Part shown: positions 28,459 through 38,110 of the stretch, in pieces
Position numbering within the stretch: the first letter of the stretch is position 1
Layout: every line of letters starts with the position of its first letter
NCBI RefSeq assembly: GCF_002087085.1
Contig: NZ_MWQY01000001.1
Location: forward strand, 62,001 to 126,000
Length of the DNA: 64,000 bases
Reading direction: 5' to 3'
Translations under genes and position numbers: made by a program
Notes under the pieces: generated by a model
Told to the model about the DNA's origin: nothing
Databases searched by the model: none
What the model saw: the letters and a program-made list of their open reading frames with translations, nothing else

Positions 28459-28486
28459 GGCCGCACGTACGTGCGGCCTTTATTGT
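28459..28486 (+). terminator. Intrinsic terminator
   Basis: Perfect 20-bp palindrome GGCCGCACGTACGTGCGGCC followed by TTTATTGT. Confidence 0.75.
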
Positions 28487-28487
28487 A

Positions 28488-28516
28488 TTGACAGGAAAGG
28501 ATTTATCTGGTACTTT
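28488..28516 (+). promoter_or_regulatory. sigma70 promoter of rpsT-HU
   Basis: TTGACA-N17-TACTTT with extended TG. Confidence 0.7.
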
Positions 28517-28562
28517 ACCAGATCGAAACCAGCCTTATTTTACCAACATGGGGGGTAGTACG

Positions 28563-28841
28563 TTGCCTGGAAAAGGTTCCGCCGCCAAGCGGCATAGACA
28601 GAGCCGAGAACGCAGAATGCGTAATAGAATTCGCAGAAGCAGCATTCTTACGGCCAAAAAGAACTTTTTAAAAGCTGTTCGCGATAATGATACAGCTGAA
28701 GCAGAAAGCCGGTATCAGACAGTGGTTAAACTGATCGATACGGCAGCAGGGAAAGGTGTTTATCATCAGAACACCGCTGCACGAAAAAAATCTCGACTCA
28801 ACAAAGTTCTTAAACAGTTGAAGCAAGGAAGCGAGGCTTAA
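28563..28841 (+). CDS. rpsT: 30S ribosomal protein S20
   Basis: SAAKRHRQS.ERR.RNR, IDTAAGKGVYH.NTAARKKSRL; TTG start re-called to 28563. Confidence 0.95.
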   Translation: MPGKGSAAKRHRQSRERRMRNRIRRSSILTAKKNFLKAVRDNDTAEAESRYQTVVKLIDTAAGKGVYHQNTAARKKSRLNKVLKQLKQGSEA

Positions 28842-28893
28842 AGCAGCCTCGTTTCCGAACCGAAATTTGGTTTTCGAGGAAGGAGCTGCGCAG

Positions 28894-29193
28894 GTGAGTA
28901 ACAAGCTCACAAAAGCCGAAATAATCGATAGTATATTCGAAAAGACCGGCGTTAACCGCAAGGATGTCCATCGGATTCTTGACGAGTTTTTCGACCAGCT
29001 GAAGGATGGTCTGCAGGAAGATCGGGTTGTGGAACTGCGCGGATTTGGAACCTTCGAAATCCGGACCCGTAAAGGTCGAGAAAAGGCTCGTAATCCGAAA
29101 ACCGGAGAAATCGTACCGGTAAGCGCCCACGGGGTAGCAGTTTTTCGTCCTGGTAAGGAACTCAAACAGATTGCCTGGCCCCTGCGAACCTGA
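28894..29193 (+). CDS. HU/IHF-family DNA-binding protein (Hbb-like)
   Basis: TKAEII, VELRGFGTF, ARNPKTGE, FRPGKELK; GTG start after GGAAGGAG. Confidence 0.95.
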   Translation: MSNKLTKAEIIDSIFEKTGVNRKDVHRILDEFFDQLKDGLQEDRVVELRGFGTFEIRTRKGREKARNPKTGEIVPVSAHGVAVFRPGKELKQIAWPLRT

Positions 29194-29221
29194 TTGATTA
29201 TCATCGCTTAAGGCAAAAAAC

Positions 29222-30820
29222 ATGAAAACCGTCAGTTCACCTGGTAGTATCGCAGTCAGGCTGCGGTCTCTTGGAATAGACCTGTTTTTACTGATTGTAT
29301 CAGCTCTCTGTTTTTCTCTCTCTTTTCCAAGTTTTCTCTCCACCCGGGGTTGGGGATTTCTGGCGTATATCTCCATCGTTCCCGCTTTTATCGTTGTACA
29401 CCGTACCGGCTGGATATCCTCCTTTGTTCTGGGATGGTTTTACGGTCTGGCCGCGTATGCTGTTTTCAATTACTGGCTGGCGATTTTTCATCCCCTGGCT
29501 ATTTTTATTGTCCCTCTTATCTATTCCGCCTACTTTTTTGTTCTTTTTCCCCTTCTCAAGGCTGCAGACCGGCTTTTTCCCAGATACGGGTACCTGGTGC
29601 AGATACTTCTCTGGATGGGCTATGAATTCCTGAGGACCAAGGGTTTTCTGGGATACCCCTATGGGAATCTGGGCTACTCACAGTACCTGTATGTTCCTCT
29701 GATTCAATTGTCTGCGCTGACCGGAATGTGGGGAGTGTCTCTGCTGGTTATCTTTCCGTCAGCCTATATCGGAAACGCTCTGAAGAAATCCGATCCGCAG
29801 TATGCTCTCCGTTTTTTTCGTGAACATCGAATCGATGCCGCTGTGTGGGCTGTGGTCATGGTCCTTGTCGTCGCCGGAGGAGCGCTGGCCATGGGTGATT
29901 ATACGGATAAGCCGCAGTGGAAGGTTGCCCTGATCCAGCAGAACGAGGACCCCTGGAAGAACAGCATAGATGCGTATAAAAGCGCCCTTAATTCCCTGAC
30001 AGAGCTTTCCGACCGGGCCCTCAAAGAGGATCCGGACATCGTTATCTGGTCGGAGACCGCCTTTGTCCCCCGAATTGAGTGGCACAACCGCTATCGGACA
30101 TCCAGACCTCACTATGAGCTTGTAAGAGACCTGCTGGATTACCTGGAAGAGCAGGATGTTCCCTTTGTGGTGGGAAACGATCATGCTGAAAACAGCGCTG
30201 CTCCGGGAGAGCCCCTTGTTCCCGCTGACTACAACGCTGCCATTCTCTTCGAGAAGGGCGAAATGGTCGAAATCTACCGGAAGACCCATCTGGTTCCTTT
30301 TACCGAGCATTTCCCCTACGAAAACATTCTCCCCGGTATGCATCGCATGCTGATCGAGGCGGATACCCATTTCTGGGAGAAGGGTACGGAGTATACTGTA
30401 TTTGAAACCGGGGGGGTAAGGTTCTCTACTCCCATCTGCTTTGAGGATGTTTTCGGGTATCTGAGTCGTGAATTTGTCCGCCGGGGAGCCCAGGTCATTG
30501 TCAATATGACCAACGATTCATGGTCCGGTTCCGTGGCGGCGGAGATGCAGCATGCCGGGATGGCGGTTTTCCGTGCCGTAGAGAACAGACGCAGTGTTGT
30601 ACGCAGTACCAACGGCGGCATTACCTGCGTAATTGACCCCGACGGGCGTATTACTTCCAGTCTTGAACCCTTCACTGCCGACTATCTCATCGCCGATGTG
30701 CCCATCGATGACAGCCGCACAACCCTGTATACCCGTTTTGGCGACTGGTTTGCCTGGCTGATGCTCATGAGCGGAATAATCGTACTGGTCTTCGGTTTTT
30801 TACGGCCAAGCCGACATTGA
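29222..30820 (+). CDS. lnt: Apolipoprotein N-acyltransferase
   Basis: Multiple TMs plus nitrilase triad WSETA / YRKTHLVPF / ICFE. Confidence 0.95.
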   Translation: MKTVSSPGSIAVRLRSLGIDLFLLIVSALCFSLSFPSFLSTRGWGFLAYISIVPAFIVVHRTGWISSFVLGWFYGLAAYAVFNYWLAIFHPLAIFIVPLIYSAYFFVLFPLLKAADRLFPRYGYLVQILLWMGYEFLRTKGFLGYPYGNLGYSQYLYVPLIQLSALTGMWGVSLLVIFPSAYIGNALKKSDPQYALRFFREHRIDAAVWAVVMVLVVAGGALAMGDYTDKPQWKVALIQQNEDPWKNSIDAYKSALNSLTELSDRALKEDPDIVIWSETAFVPRIEWHNRYRTSRPHYELVRDLLDYLEEQDVPFVVGNDHAENSAAPGEPLVPADYNAAILFEKGEMVEIYRKTHLVPFTEHFPYENILPGMHRMLIEADTHFWEKGTEYTVFETGGVRFSTPICFEDVFGYLSREFVRRGAQVIVNMTNDSWSGSVAAEMQHAGMAVFRAVENRRSVVRSTNGGITCVIDPDGRITSSLEPFTADYLIADVPIDDSRTTLYTRFGDWFAWLMLMSGIIVLVFGFLRPSRH

Positions 30821-30863
30821 CAAGCCGGGCGACATATAGGAAGATATTGTATAGGAACGCATA

Positions 30864-31610
30864 ATGAACGCAAAGACAAAGATTCTGATAGTCGATGATG
30901 AACCAATAAACCGCGATTTCTTCGATGTGATGCTCAGCAAACTGGGCTTCCAGGTAAACAAAGCTGAAGACGGCGAAGAGGCTCTGGAAAAACTGAAGAA
31001 TGATCGTCCCGACCTGATCATTCTCGACAATATCATGCCCAAAATGTCGGGTTGGAAACTGACGAAGATTCTGAAAACCAGCGACGATTACGGGGAATTC
31101 AGCGATATCCCTATAATAATGTTCTCTGCCATGGATGATGTGAAGGACAAAATAGAGGGCTTTGAGCTTGGAGTTGAGGACTACATTACCAAGCCCTTCA
31201 ATTTCTCCGAGGTCCTCGCCCGGATTCGTGCGGTGTTGCGCAGCCGGGAACTGTCGCGCCAGGTAGTTCAGAAAGAACGGAAGATAGCATCCATTGAATC
31301 CCTGAATCAGTCCCTTATCTATTTTACCCAGCATCTGAAAGAACCGGTGGAGTCCCTGCAGAAACGGGTAGAGACCCTTGATGTGAACTCGAAAAAAGAA
31401 ATTCAGGACTTTGTTGAGGCGGTGCAGGTGGAAACCAAGCAGGTGCTTGTTACCCTTCACAGCCTGGAGGATGAGATCAGGGATCTTCAGAAGCGCCCTG
31501 AGCTGCAGGAAGATGCGGATGCCGATCTTCTTGAGGATCTGGAAAAAAGGTTTCAGAGACATTTTTCCAGCTGGAAGGAGAACCAGGAGGTTCCCGAGGT
31601 TTCCTCGTGA
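30864..31610 (+). CDS. Response regulator (receiver plus helical C-terminus, no DNA-binding domain seen)
   Basis: ILIVDDE, DLIILDNIMPKMSG, DYITKPF. Confidence 0.88.
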   Translation: MNAKTKILIVDDEPINRDFFDVMLSKLGFQVNKAEDGEEALEKLKNDRPDLIILDNIMPKMSGWKLTKILKTSDDYGEFSDIPIIMFSAMDDVKDKIEGFELGVEDYITKPFNFSEVLARIRAVLRSRELSRQVVQKERKIASIESLNQSLIYFTQHLKEPVESLQKRVETLDVNSKKEIQDFVEAVQVETKQVLVTLHSLEDEIRDLQKRPELQEDADADLLEDLEKRFQRHFSSWKENQEVPEVSS

Positions 31611-31828
31611 TTTCGGAAGAGAAAAAAAAAGTATTGGATCTTTTCGGTCAGGGAAGAAAGCAGTATAAGCTTATGGAGTTCGAAAAAGCCAGGCAGTTTT
31701 TTGCCCAGGCTCTGGAGATAGATCCTGAAGACGGTCCATCGAAGGTATACTACCTGCGTTGTAAACATTACATTGAGAATCCACCTCCCGAGGATTGGGA
31801 CGGTGTGTTTGTCATGAATACAAAATAA
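31607..31828 (+). CDS. 73-aa single-TPR protein resembling the C-terminal tail of class III nucleotide cyclases
   Basis: A..FF..ALEIDPEDGPSKVY..RC......PPEDWDGVF.M.TK; GTGA overlap with the upstream gene. Confidence 0.75.
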   Translation: MISEEKKKVLDLFGQGRKQYKLMEFEKARQFFAQALEIDPEDGPSKVYYLRCKHYIENPPPEDWDGVFVMNTK

Positions 31829-31847
31829 TAACGGATGCACAGACAGC

Positions 31848-32261
31848 ATGGCGATTATCAGCTCCAACAGACTTGAAGTTCCAACAACCACTCTTGGAAG
31901 TGCAACATCCTTTGCCGGAGATCTAAGCTTTACAACCTCTCTGAGAATCGAGGGGCGGTATTCCGGAAAGATTGAGTCCAGGGGTACGCTGCACATTGCC
32001 CCCGGGGCGCATGTGGAAGCAGACATCGTGGTAGGGGCGGTAGTTGTTGCCGGTACCGTGGTGGGCAATATTACGGCCTCCAAGCGTCTTGAGATTGAAG
32101 CCACCGGAACAGTTATAGGCAATATAAAGACCCCGAAGCTGAAGGTAGCCGAGGGTGTTTCATTTCGCGGTAAGTGCGATATGCTCGAAGGCGGTGATGC
32201 TATCGATATCTTTTCCGCTGCTCCGGATAAACTGAAAAAGATTCTTACTCATACCCATTAG
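31848..32261 (+). CDS. Bactofilin (second paralogue)
   Basis: F.GDL.F...LRIEG...G.I and V.GNI repeats. Confidence 0.92.
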   Translation: MAIISSNRLEVPTTTLGSATSFAGDLSFTTSLRIEGRYSGKIESRGTLHIAPGAHVEADIVVGAVVVAGTVVGNITASKRLEIEATGTVIGNIKTPKLKVAEGVSFRGKCDMLEGGDAIDIFSAAPDKLKKILTHTH

Positions 32262-32265
32262 CAGC

Positions 32266-32985
32266 ATGGATCGATCATATGCAGGATCATTGAATATTCT
32301 CGGAATTACCCCTGAAGGTGTAGAAAGACGTCTTGACGATTGCGGGGTAAACCTGACTGAAGTGGATTATATTTCCGGCGCATACGGAACCATTCTGCGA
32401 AGCAGCACCACCGGCCGTGAAGCGGAGAATCTTAAGCTTGTTGAGCGTTGCTGTGCCCCTTTTATCGCCAGGGGCGATATGAATCCCGCCGGGCTGACTG
32501 TTCAGAGTGCTCTCAGAGCAGGGATTATGCTGGCCTTTGCAGAGTCCTGTACCGGAGGGCTGGCCGGATCAATGGTAACGGGTATAGCCGGAAGCTCTGA
32601 TGTTTTCTGGGGATCCATGGTGACCTATGCCAATGATGCCAAGGAGAGAGTGCTGGGGGTTTCCAGCATTCCTGACCATGGGGCGGTGTCAGAAGAAACC
32701 GTCGGGGCCATGGCGGAGGGCGCTATAAAGCTATCCGGTGCCGACGCGGCTCTTGCCGTCTCGGGGATTGCCGGGCCCGGGGGCGGAACTCCGGAAAAAC
32801 CTGTGGGAACCGTGTGGTTCGCCTTCAGGTATCGCGAAAAAATGCAGACCTTAAAATGCGTGTTCAGCGGAAAACGCGGCCAGGTCAGACACAAGGCGGC
32901 TGCCGTGGCCCTGGCGGGACTCGCAAATCAAATAGATGGGGCTTTACTTGACACCGAATGGATAGCTGATTATACTTGTTATTAA
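32266..32985 (+). CDS. CinA C-terminal / PncC nicotinamide-mononucleotide deamidase
   Basis: AESCTGG, GSS, TY.N.AK, GAVS, SGIAGPGGG..EKPVGTV. Confidence 0.9.
   Translation: MDRSYAGSLNILGITPEGVERRLDDCGVNLTEVDYISGAYGTILRSSTTGREAENLKLVERCCAPFIARGDMNPAGLTVQSALRAGIMLAFAESCTGGLAGSMVTGIAGSSDVFWGSMVTYANDAKERVLGVSSIPDHGAVSEETVGAMAEGAIKLSGADAALAVSGIAGPGGGTPEKPVGTVWFAFRYREKMQTLKCVFSGKRGQVRHKAAAVALAGLANQIDGALLDTEWIADYTCY
32948..32976 (+). promoter_or_regulatory. sigma70 promoter of rho, inside the 3' end of the CinA-like gene
   Basis: TTGACA-N17-TATACT. Confidence 0.75.
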
Positions 32986-33120
32986 TTGTTTCACGCATTT
33001 ATGCTCGGTACGATAATCTGAAACCGGGCCTCCTTATATAACGTATAACGGAAATCCAAAATCATGCAAATCTGCCAGGGTGTGAATATTGATTAATCCC
33101 CTACCACATGGAGTACATAC

Positions 33121-34848
33121 ATGGCCTTACTTCGTAAGCGTGGCACCATGAAAAACGCTAGTGAACACGAGGAGTCGCAAGTGGAAACCTCCGAAACGGT
33201 ACAGAATGAATTGAGTCTTACAGAGAATTCAGCGTTTCAGGAAGAAGAAAACAGTAACAGCAAGTCTCCGGAGGATAACCAGGAGTCTTTTAAAAAGCGA
33301 AGGGTCCGGAAAAAATCGGCCAACGGAGAGGGTTCCTCCTCTTCGAACGATGCTTCCGACCTGTCTTCCAGGGAACCGGTAAAGAGACGGCCCAAGAAGA
33401 AGAAAATCCGGGTGGAACTGATTAAGGATTCCCCCATGGATGAAGATAATCAGTCCGAAGAAAGCAGTTCCGACAACCAGGAACAGGCCGCTCCCACCGC
33501 TTCCGCCTATTATCCGGACCATTCAAATCATCACGGCTCCGGAAAAGGGCAGAACTCTTCAGGTAAAGAAAAAGATAAGCTGAGTATAAATGAGCTCACC
33601 CGGATGAATATGGGTGATCTGCGGGCTTTTGCCATAGACAAGGGAGTCTCTCCGGACAATCTTGGGTCCATGAAAAAGCAGGAGGTCATTTTCGCGATTC
33701 TCAAGTCCCATACTTCGGTGGGCGGCGGAATAACTGCCTATGGGTCACTTGAGATTCTCCCCGACGGTTATGGATTTCTCCGGTCACCCCAGAACAGTTA
33801 CCTTCCCGGCCAGGACGACATCTATATTTCTCCTTCTCAGATTCGCCTGTTCAACCTTCGAACCGGCGACACCGTTTCCGGCCATATCCGCCCCCCCAAG
33901 GAAGGGGAGCGCTTCTTTGCAATGCTCAGGGTCGATTCGGTTAACTTTCGGGATCCCGCAGAAGCCCAGACCAGGATACCCTTTGACAATCTGACTCCCC
34001 TCTACCCGGAGACGCGGATCAATATGGAGAGGGAAGGCGGACCGATCTCCACGAGGATGATTAATCTGTTCTGTCCCATTGGAAAGGGGCAGCGGGGACT
34101 GATCGTATCGCCTCCCAGAACAGGTAAAACAATCCTTCTGCAGCAGATAGCCAACGCCATTACCACGAATCATCCGGAGGTCTATCTGATCGTACTGCTG
34201 ATAGACGAGCGTCCGGAGGAAGTGACGGATATGCGGCGTAACGTAAAGGGCGAGGTAATTGCCTCTACCTTTGACGAGCAGGCTACCCGGCATGTGCAGG
34301 TTGCCGAAATGGTTATCGAGAAGGCGAAACGTCTTGTGGAACACGGAAACGACGTGGTTATACTCCTTGACTCCATAACACGCCTGGCCCGGGCCTACAA
34401 CCAGACTGTTCCAACCTCGGGCAAGATCCTCTCCGGCGGTGTCGATTCCAACGCGCTGCACAGACCGAAACGGTTTTTCGGGGCAGCCCGGAATATTGAA
34501 GACGGAGGCAGTCTTACAATTGTTGCAACAGCGCTGATCGAAACAGGCAGCCGTATGGACGAGGTCATCTTCGAGGAGTTCAAGGGCACCGGTAACATGG
34601 AGATTATCCTGGATCGCAGAATGGCGGACCGGCGGCTTTTTCCGTCCATCAATATAAAACGCTCAGGAACCCGAAAAGAGGAACTTCTGCTCACGGAAAC
34701 CGAACTTCAGAAGATGTGGGTCCTGCGGAAGGTAATAAACCCGATGGATGATATCGAGATTACCGAGATGATGATTGACAGAATGAGCAAAACCAAGAAT
34801 AATGAGTCCTTCCTGAGGTCCATGAATACCTCTTCCGTTACTGATTAG
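33121..34848 (+). CDS. rho: Transcription termination factor Rho with long N-terminal disordered extension
   Basis: [42 protein letters not shown]. Confidence 0.98.
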   Translation: MALLRKRGTMKNASEHEESQVETSETVQNELSLTENSAFQEEENSNSKSPEDNQESFKKRRVRKKSANGEGSSSSNDASDLSSREPVKRRPKKKKIRVELIKDSPMDEDNQSEESSSDNQEQAAPTASAYYPDHSNHHGSGKGQNSSGKEKDKLSINELTRMNMGDLRAFAIDKGVSPDNLGSMKKQEVIFAILKSHTSVGGGITAYGSLEILPDGYGFLRSPQNSYLPGQDDIYISPSQIRLFNLRTGDTVSGHIRPPKEGERFFAMLRVDSVNFRDPAEAQTRIPFDNLTPLYPETRINMEREGGPISTRMINLFCPIGKGQRGLIVSPPRTGKTILLQQIANAITTNHPEVYLIVLLIDERPEEVTDMRRNVKGEVIASTFDEQATRHVQVAEMVIEKAKRLVEHGNDVVILLDSITRLARAYNQTVPTSGKILSGGVDSNALHRPKRFFGAARNIEDGGSLTIVATALIETGSRMDEVIFEEFKGTGNMEIILDRRMADRRLFPSINIKRSGTRKEELLLTETELQKMWVLRKVINPMDDIEITEMMIDRMSKTKNNESFLRSMNTSSVTD

Positions 34849-34920
34849 AAAATATTAGCCCGGTGACGTACCGCCAGGTTCGGTAATCATCGGGTATCTA
34901 TAGATTTAGGAGAACGAAAC

Positions 34921-35127
34921 ATGAAGAGCGGAATACATCCGAAATACGAGTTTACCACTATAAAGTGTGCCTGCGGGAATGTGATCGAAACCCGGTCTAC
35001 TTCCAAAGACATCGAGGTGGAAATCTGTTCAAGCTGCCATCCCTTCTTTACCGGAAAGCAGAAGCTTGTCGATACTGCTGGACGTGTTGAACGCTTCAAG
35101 AAGAAGTACGGCATCAAGGACGAGTAA
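34921..35127 (+). CDS. rpmE: 50S ribosomal protein L31 (zinc-binding form)
   Basis: [26 protein letters not shown]. Confidence 0.98.
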   Translation: MKSGIHPKYEFTTIKCACGNVIETRSTSKDIEVEICSSCHPFFTGKQKLVDTAGRVERFKKKYGIKDE

Positions 35128-35146
35128 ACCCATCAATTTTCCCTGT

Positions 35147-35178
35147 AAGGCGGACCGGCTATGTCCGCCTTTTTATTT
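35147..35178 (+). terminator. Intrinsic terminator after rpmE
   Basis: AAGGCGGAC-7 nt-GTCCGCCTT followed by TTTATTT. Confidence 0.85.
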
Positions 35179-35236
35179 GGCACCCCGGACACCCCTTTCT
35201 CCCCGCTGACTCAAGGATCCTGCAGAAGGAATCTTG

Positions 35237-35265
35237 TTGCAATGGGCGGTTTTTTCCAGTAATAT
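35237..35265 (+). promoter_or_regulatory. sigma70 promoter of galK-surE-TPR
   Basis: TTGCAA-N17-TAATAT. Confidence 0.6.
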
Positions 35266-35321
35266 GGGTTAAGTATATTTTTCAAACGAAGCGGCCTACG
35301 GGTGTTGGTGAAGGAAGTTGA

Positions 35322-36488
35322 ATGAAAGAGCTGCAAGCACTGCATGTCGAGGAGTTCGGGCGCAAGCCTGACTGCATCGCCCGGGCACCAGGGATAATTA
35401 ACCTGATGGGTGAACATACCGACTACAGTGAAGGTTTTGTACTTCAGGCCGCCTTGCCTCTTTTCGCCGATGTTGCCGTTTCACGCCGCGATGACGTCTC
35501 TCTGCGTTTTTACACCGCCGATGCCGGAGAGCGAAAAAAGACCTCCGTTCCAAATCTGAAATACAAGCGGGAAGACCGCTGGGCCAACTATCTCAAAGGG
35601 GTGCTGGCAGAGCTGACTGAACGGGGGATTGATATTCCCGGTCTCGAGTTCACTATCAGCAGTACAATCCCCCAGAATATCGGCCTGGGATCCTCCGATG
35701 CCCTGTGTACCGCCACCGCCATGGCGGTGTGCGGATGTCTGGGAGTCAGCCTGTCGGATCAGGATATGATTGATGTGGCCTACGGAGCGGAAGCCCGTTT
35801 CATCGGTCTTCCCAAGGAGCCCGGGGACGTCGCGACCTGCCTCCTTGCGTTACAGGACAGAGCGGTTTTTCTTGATATGCGGACCATGGAATACCGGCAC
35901 ATAAACCTGAAATTGAAAGACGCTGTGCTGGTTCTTACCAACTCCCATGTTCCTCATATAAACGCTGAAGACTACATTGAAGAACGCCGGGAAGAGTGCC
36001 GGCAGTGCGTCGAGCACCTTCAGTCAAGGCGGAGCGGGATATCTTTGCGCGACTACACGGTCAAGGATCTCAAGAGCGGAATCGGCGTTCTGCCCGAATC
36101 CCTGCGCCGGTTGTGCATGCACGTCGTGGAGGAGAACACCCGGGTTAAGGAAGCGATTCAACTTCTGCCGGAGGGCGATATGGAAGCCTTCGGTCGTCTC
36201 ATGTACAGGTCCCACGAGTCCCTGCGGGATTCCTACGAGGTTTCCTGTCCTGAGCTGGACTGGCTTGTAAAGCGGGCCAGCGAAATAGATGGTGTGTACG
36301 GTTCCCGTCTGACCGGACCGGGATTCGGAGGATGCACTCTTACCTTGATCCGCGAAACAGCTTTGAATGATTACATCGACCGTCTGGGGGAATACGAAAG
36401 GATCTTCGGTTTCGCCGCCGAGGCTTTTCCTTTCAGGGTCTCCGACGGTGCCAGGGTATTAAACAATGAAAATCTTACTGACAAATGA
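35322..36488 (+). CDS. galK: Galactokinase-family GHMP kinase (divergent)
   Basis: NLMGEHTDY, P...GLGSS, SHESLRD.YEVSCPELD, SRLTGPGFGG. Confidence 0.75.
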   Translation: MKELQALHVEEFGRKPDCIARAPGIINLMGEHTDYSEGFVLQAALPLFADVAVSRRDDVSLRFYTADAGERKKTSVPNLKYKREDRWANYLKGVLAELTERGIDIPGLEFTISSTIPQNIGLGSSDALCTATAMAVCGCLGVSLSDQDMIDVAYGAEARFIGLPKEPGDVATCLLALQDRAVFLDMRTMEYRHINLKLKDAVLVLTNSHVPHINAEDYIEERREECRQCVEHLQSRRSGISLRDYTVKDLKSGIGVLPESLRRLCMHVVEENTRVKEAIQLLPEGDMEAFGRLMYRSHESLRDSYEVSCPELDWLVKRASEIDGVYGSRLTGPGFGGCTLTLIRETALNDYIDRLGEYERIFGFAAEAFPFRVSDGARVLNNENLTDK

Positions 36489-37203
36489 TGATGGAATAGA
36501 AAGTCCGGGACTCAAATCCCTCGAAGAGGCCCTTAGGGAACATGAACTCTGTGTTGTCGCTCCCGACGGCGAACGTTCAGGGAGTTCACACCGGATTACA
36601 TTGAAAGCGCCGGTTAAATTTGCCGAAGCCGGTCCGGGACGCTATGCCTGCAGCGGGACTCCGGCGGACTGCGTGCTCTACTCCGTTCACGGAGCTATTG
36701 ATTTCAGTCCCGATGTAGTTGTCTCCGGCATAAATATCGGACCCAATCTGGGTACCGATCTGATTTATTCCGGAACAGCCGCAGCTGCCCGGCAGGCAGC
36801 CTTTATGGGGATTCCGGGTATTGCCGTCTCCCAGTTACTTAAGGAGAACCGGATCGATTACAGCGCCGCTGCCGCTTTTATCGCGGATACCCTGGAGAAG
36901 CTGGTGAAGGTCTGGGATGAGGATCATTTTATCAACATAAATGTTCCCTATCCGGATCAAGACCTTCTGGAGTATGAGATTACCTATCCTTCCAGAAGGA
37001 TCTACCACGATACAGTCGAGTCCTATACCGCACCGGACGGACATACCTACCATTTCCTTAACGGCACATTTCCGGATGCCGAACCTGTACAGGGGTCTGA
37101 CTGGGATGCGGTCAAGCGTAATCGTATATCCGTTTCGCCCATTTATCTTCATCCTGTTCCCGAATACGACATGGTGAAATTCGGAGAAAGGCTCAGGCAG
37201 TAG
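36466..37203 (+). CDS. surE: 5'/3'-nucleotidase SurE
   Basis: ILLTNDDG, GTPADC, SGIN.G.N, YSGT. Confidence 0.95.
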   Translation: MKILLTNDDGIESPGLKSLEEALREHELCVVAPDGERSGSSHRITLKAPVKFAEAGPGRYACSGTPADCVLYSVHGAIDFSPDVVVSGINIGPNLGTDLIYSGTAAAARQAAFMGIPGIAVSQLLKENRIDYSAAAAFIADTLEKLVKVWDEDHFININVPYPDQDLLEYEITYPSRRIYHDTVESYTAPDGHTYHFLNGTFPDAEPVQGSDWDAVKRNRISVSPIYLHPVPEYDMVKFGERLRQ

Positions 37204-37209
37204 GATTTC

Positions 37210-37884
37210 ATGGCCGGTAGTATAAACGAAGCAGTCCGACTCTATAAATCCCGCCGATACGAGCAGGCCCTGCGGGTTCTGCTTGCCCTGGAAGATGATC
37301 CGGCGGACAATGTGGAAATCTCATATTACCTCGGGCTCTGTTATACCCAGTTAAAGCAGTATGATGACGCCCTGCTCTATCTTGAGCAGGTTGTCACAAA
37401 TCACGGGAATCTGCTGCAGATTTATCAGAGCCGTATGGTTCTCAGTCTGATTTATGCCGTAACCGATCGGTATCGCCTGGCGAAGTTCGAGCTGGACCAG
37501 CTTATTGGCGGAGGCTACGAATCGAGCCAGGTATTCACCGTCTATGGTTATGTCCTGTATGAGCTGTCACAAATTGATGAGAGCCTCAAAATGCTGCAAA
37601 AGGCCCTGACTCTGGATCCCGACAATGCTACTGCCCTGAACAGCCTGGGGTATATAATGGCGGACAAGGGCCTGGATCCGGCGACTGCGGTGAATTACTG
37701 CAGGGAAGCTGTAAAACTGCGGCCGGAAAGTTTCGCCTGTCTTGATTCCCTGGGCTGGGCCTGTTTTAAAGCCGGCCGGATAGAGGAGGCTCGGACCTAT
37801 CTGCGCCGGGCCATGGAACTTTCCGGCGGCCATCCGGTTATTGCCAGACATATAAGAACAGTTCTTGATACTATTGATTACTAA
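37210..37884 (+). CDS. Tetratricopeptide-repeat protein
   Basis: YYLG.CY, ALNSLGY, LDSLGW TPR motifs. Confidence 0.85.
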   Translation: MAGSINEAVRLYKSRRYEQALRVLLALEDDPADNVEISYYLGLCYTQLKQYDDALLYLEQVVTNHGNLLQIYQSRMVLSLIYAVTDRYRLAKFELDQLIGGGYESSQVFTVYGYVLYELSQIDESLKMLQKALTLDPDNATALNSLGYIMADKGLDPATAVNYCREAVKLRPESFACLDSLGWACFKAGRIEEARTYLRRAMELSGGHPVIARHIRTVLDTIDY

Positions 37885-37909
37885 TGGTCTGAGCCGAAAA
37901 CGCCGATAA
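37882..37909 (+). promoter_or_regulatory. Putative sigma-28 (FliA) promoter
   Basis: TAAT-N16-GCCGATAA (perfect -10 at 37902-37909). Confidence 0.6.
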
Positions 37910-37929
37910 TGAAGCTAAGGAGGACCAGT

Positions 37930-38091
37930 ATGAGTGTTGATTCCCTCGGGGGGATTAATGCAGCCCCTGTCACCCATTCCGAAGAGCTTCCGATAATGGA
38001 TATGCAGGACATGAAGCGAATCCTGATGCTCGGAATTCGCGGTGAAGTTATGCTTCCCCGGGAAGAGCATGAGGTAGATGTATACGCCTGA
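37930..38091 (+). CDS. 53-aa hypothetical protein
   Basis: AAGGAGG RBS before ATG 37930; ends VDVYA. Confidence 0.7.
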   Translation: MSVDSLGGINAAPVTHSEELPIMDMQDMKRILMLGIRGEVMLPREEHEVDVYA

Positions 38092-38110
38092 GATCGGCTA
38101 TAATTTGAGC

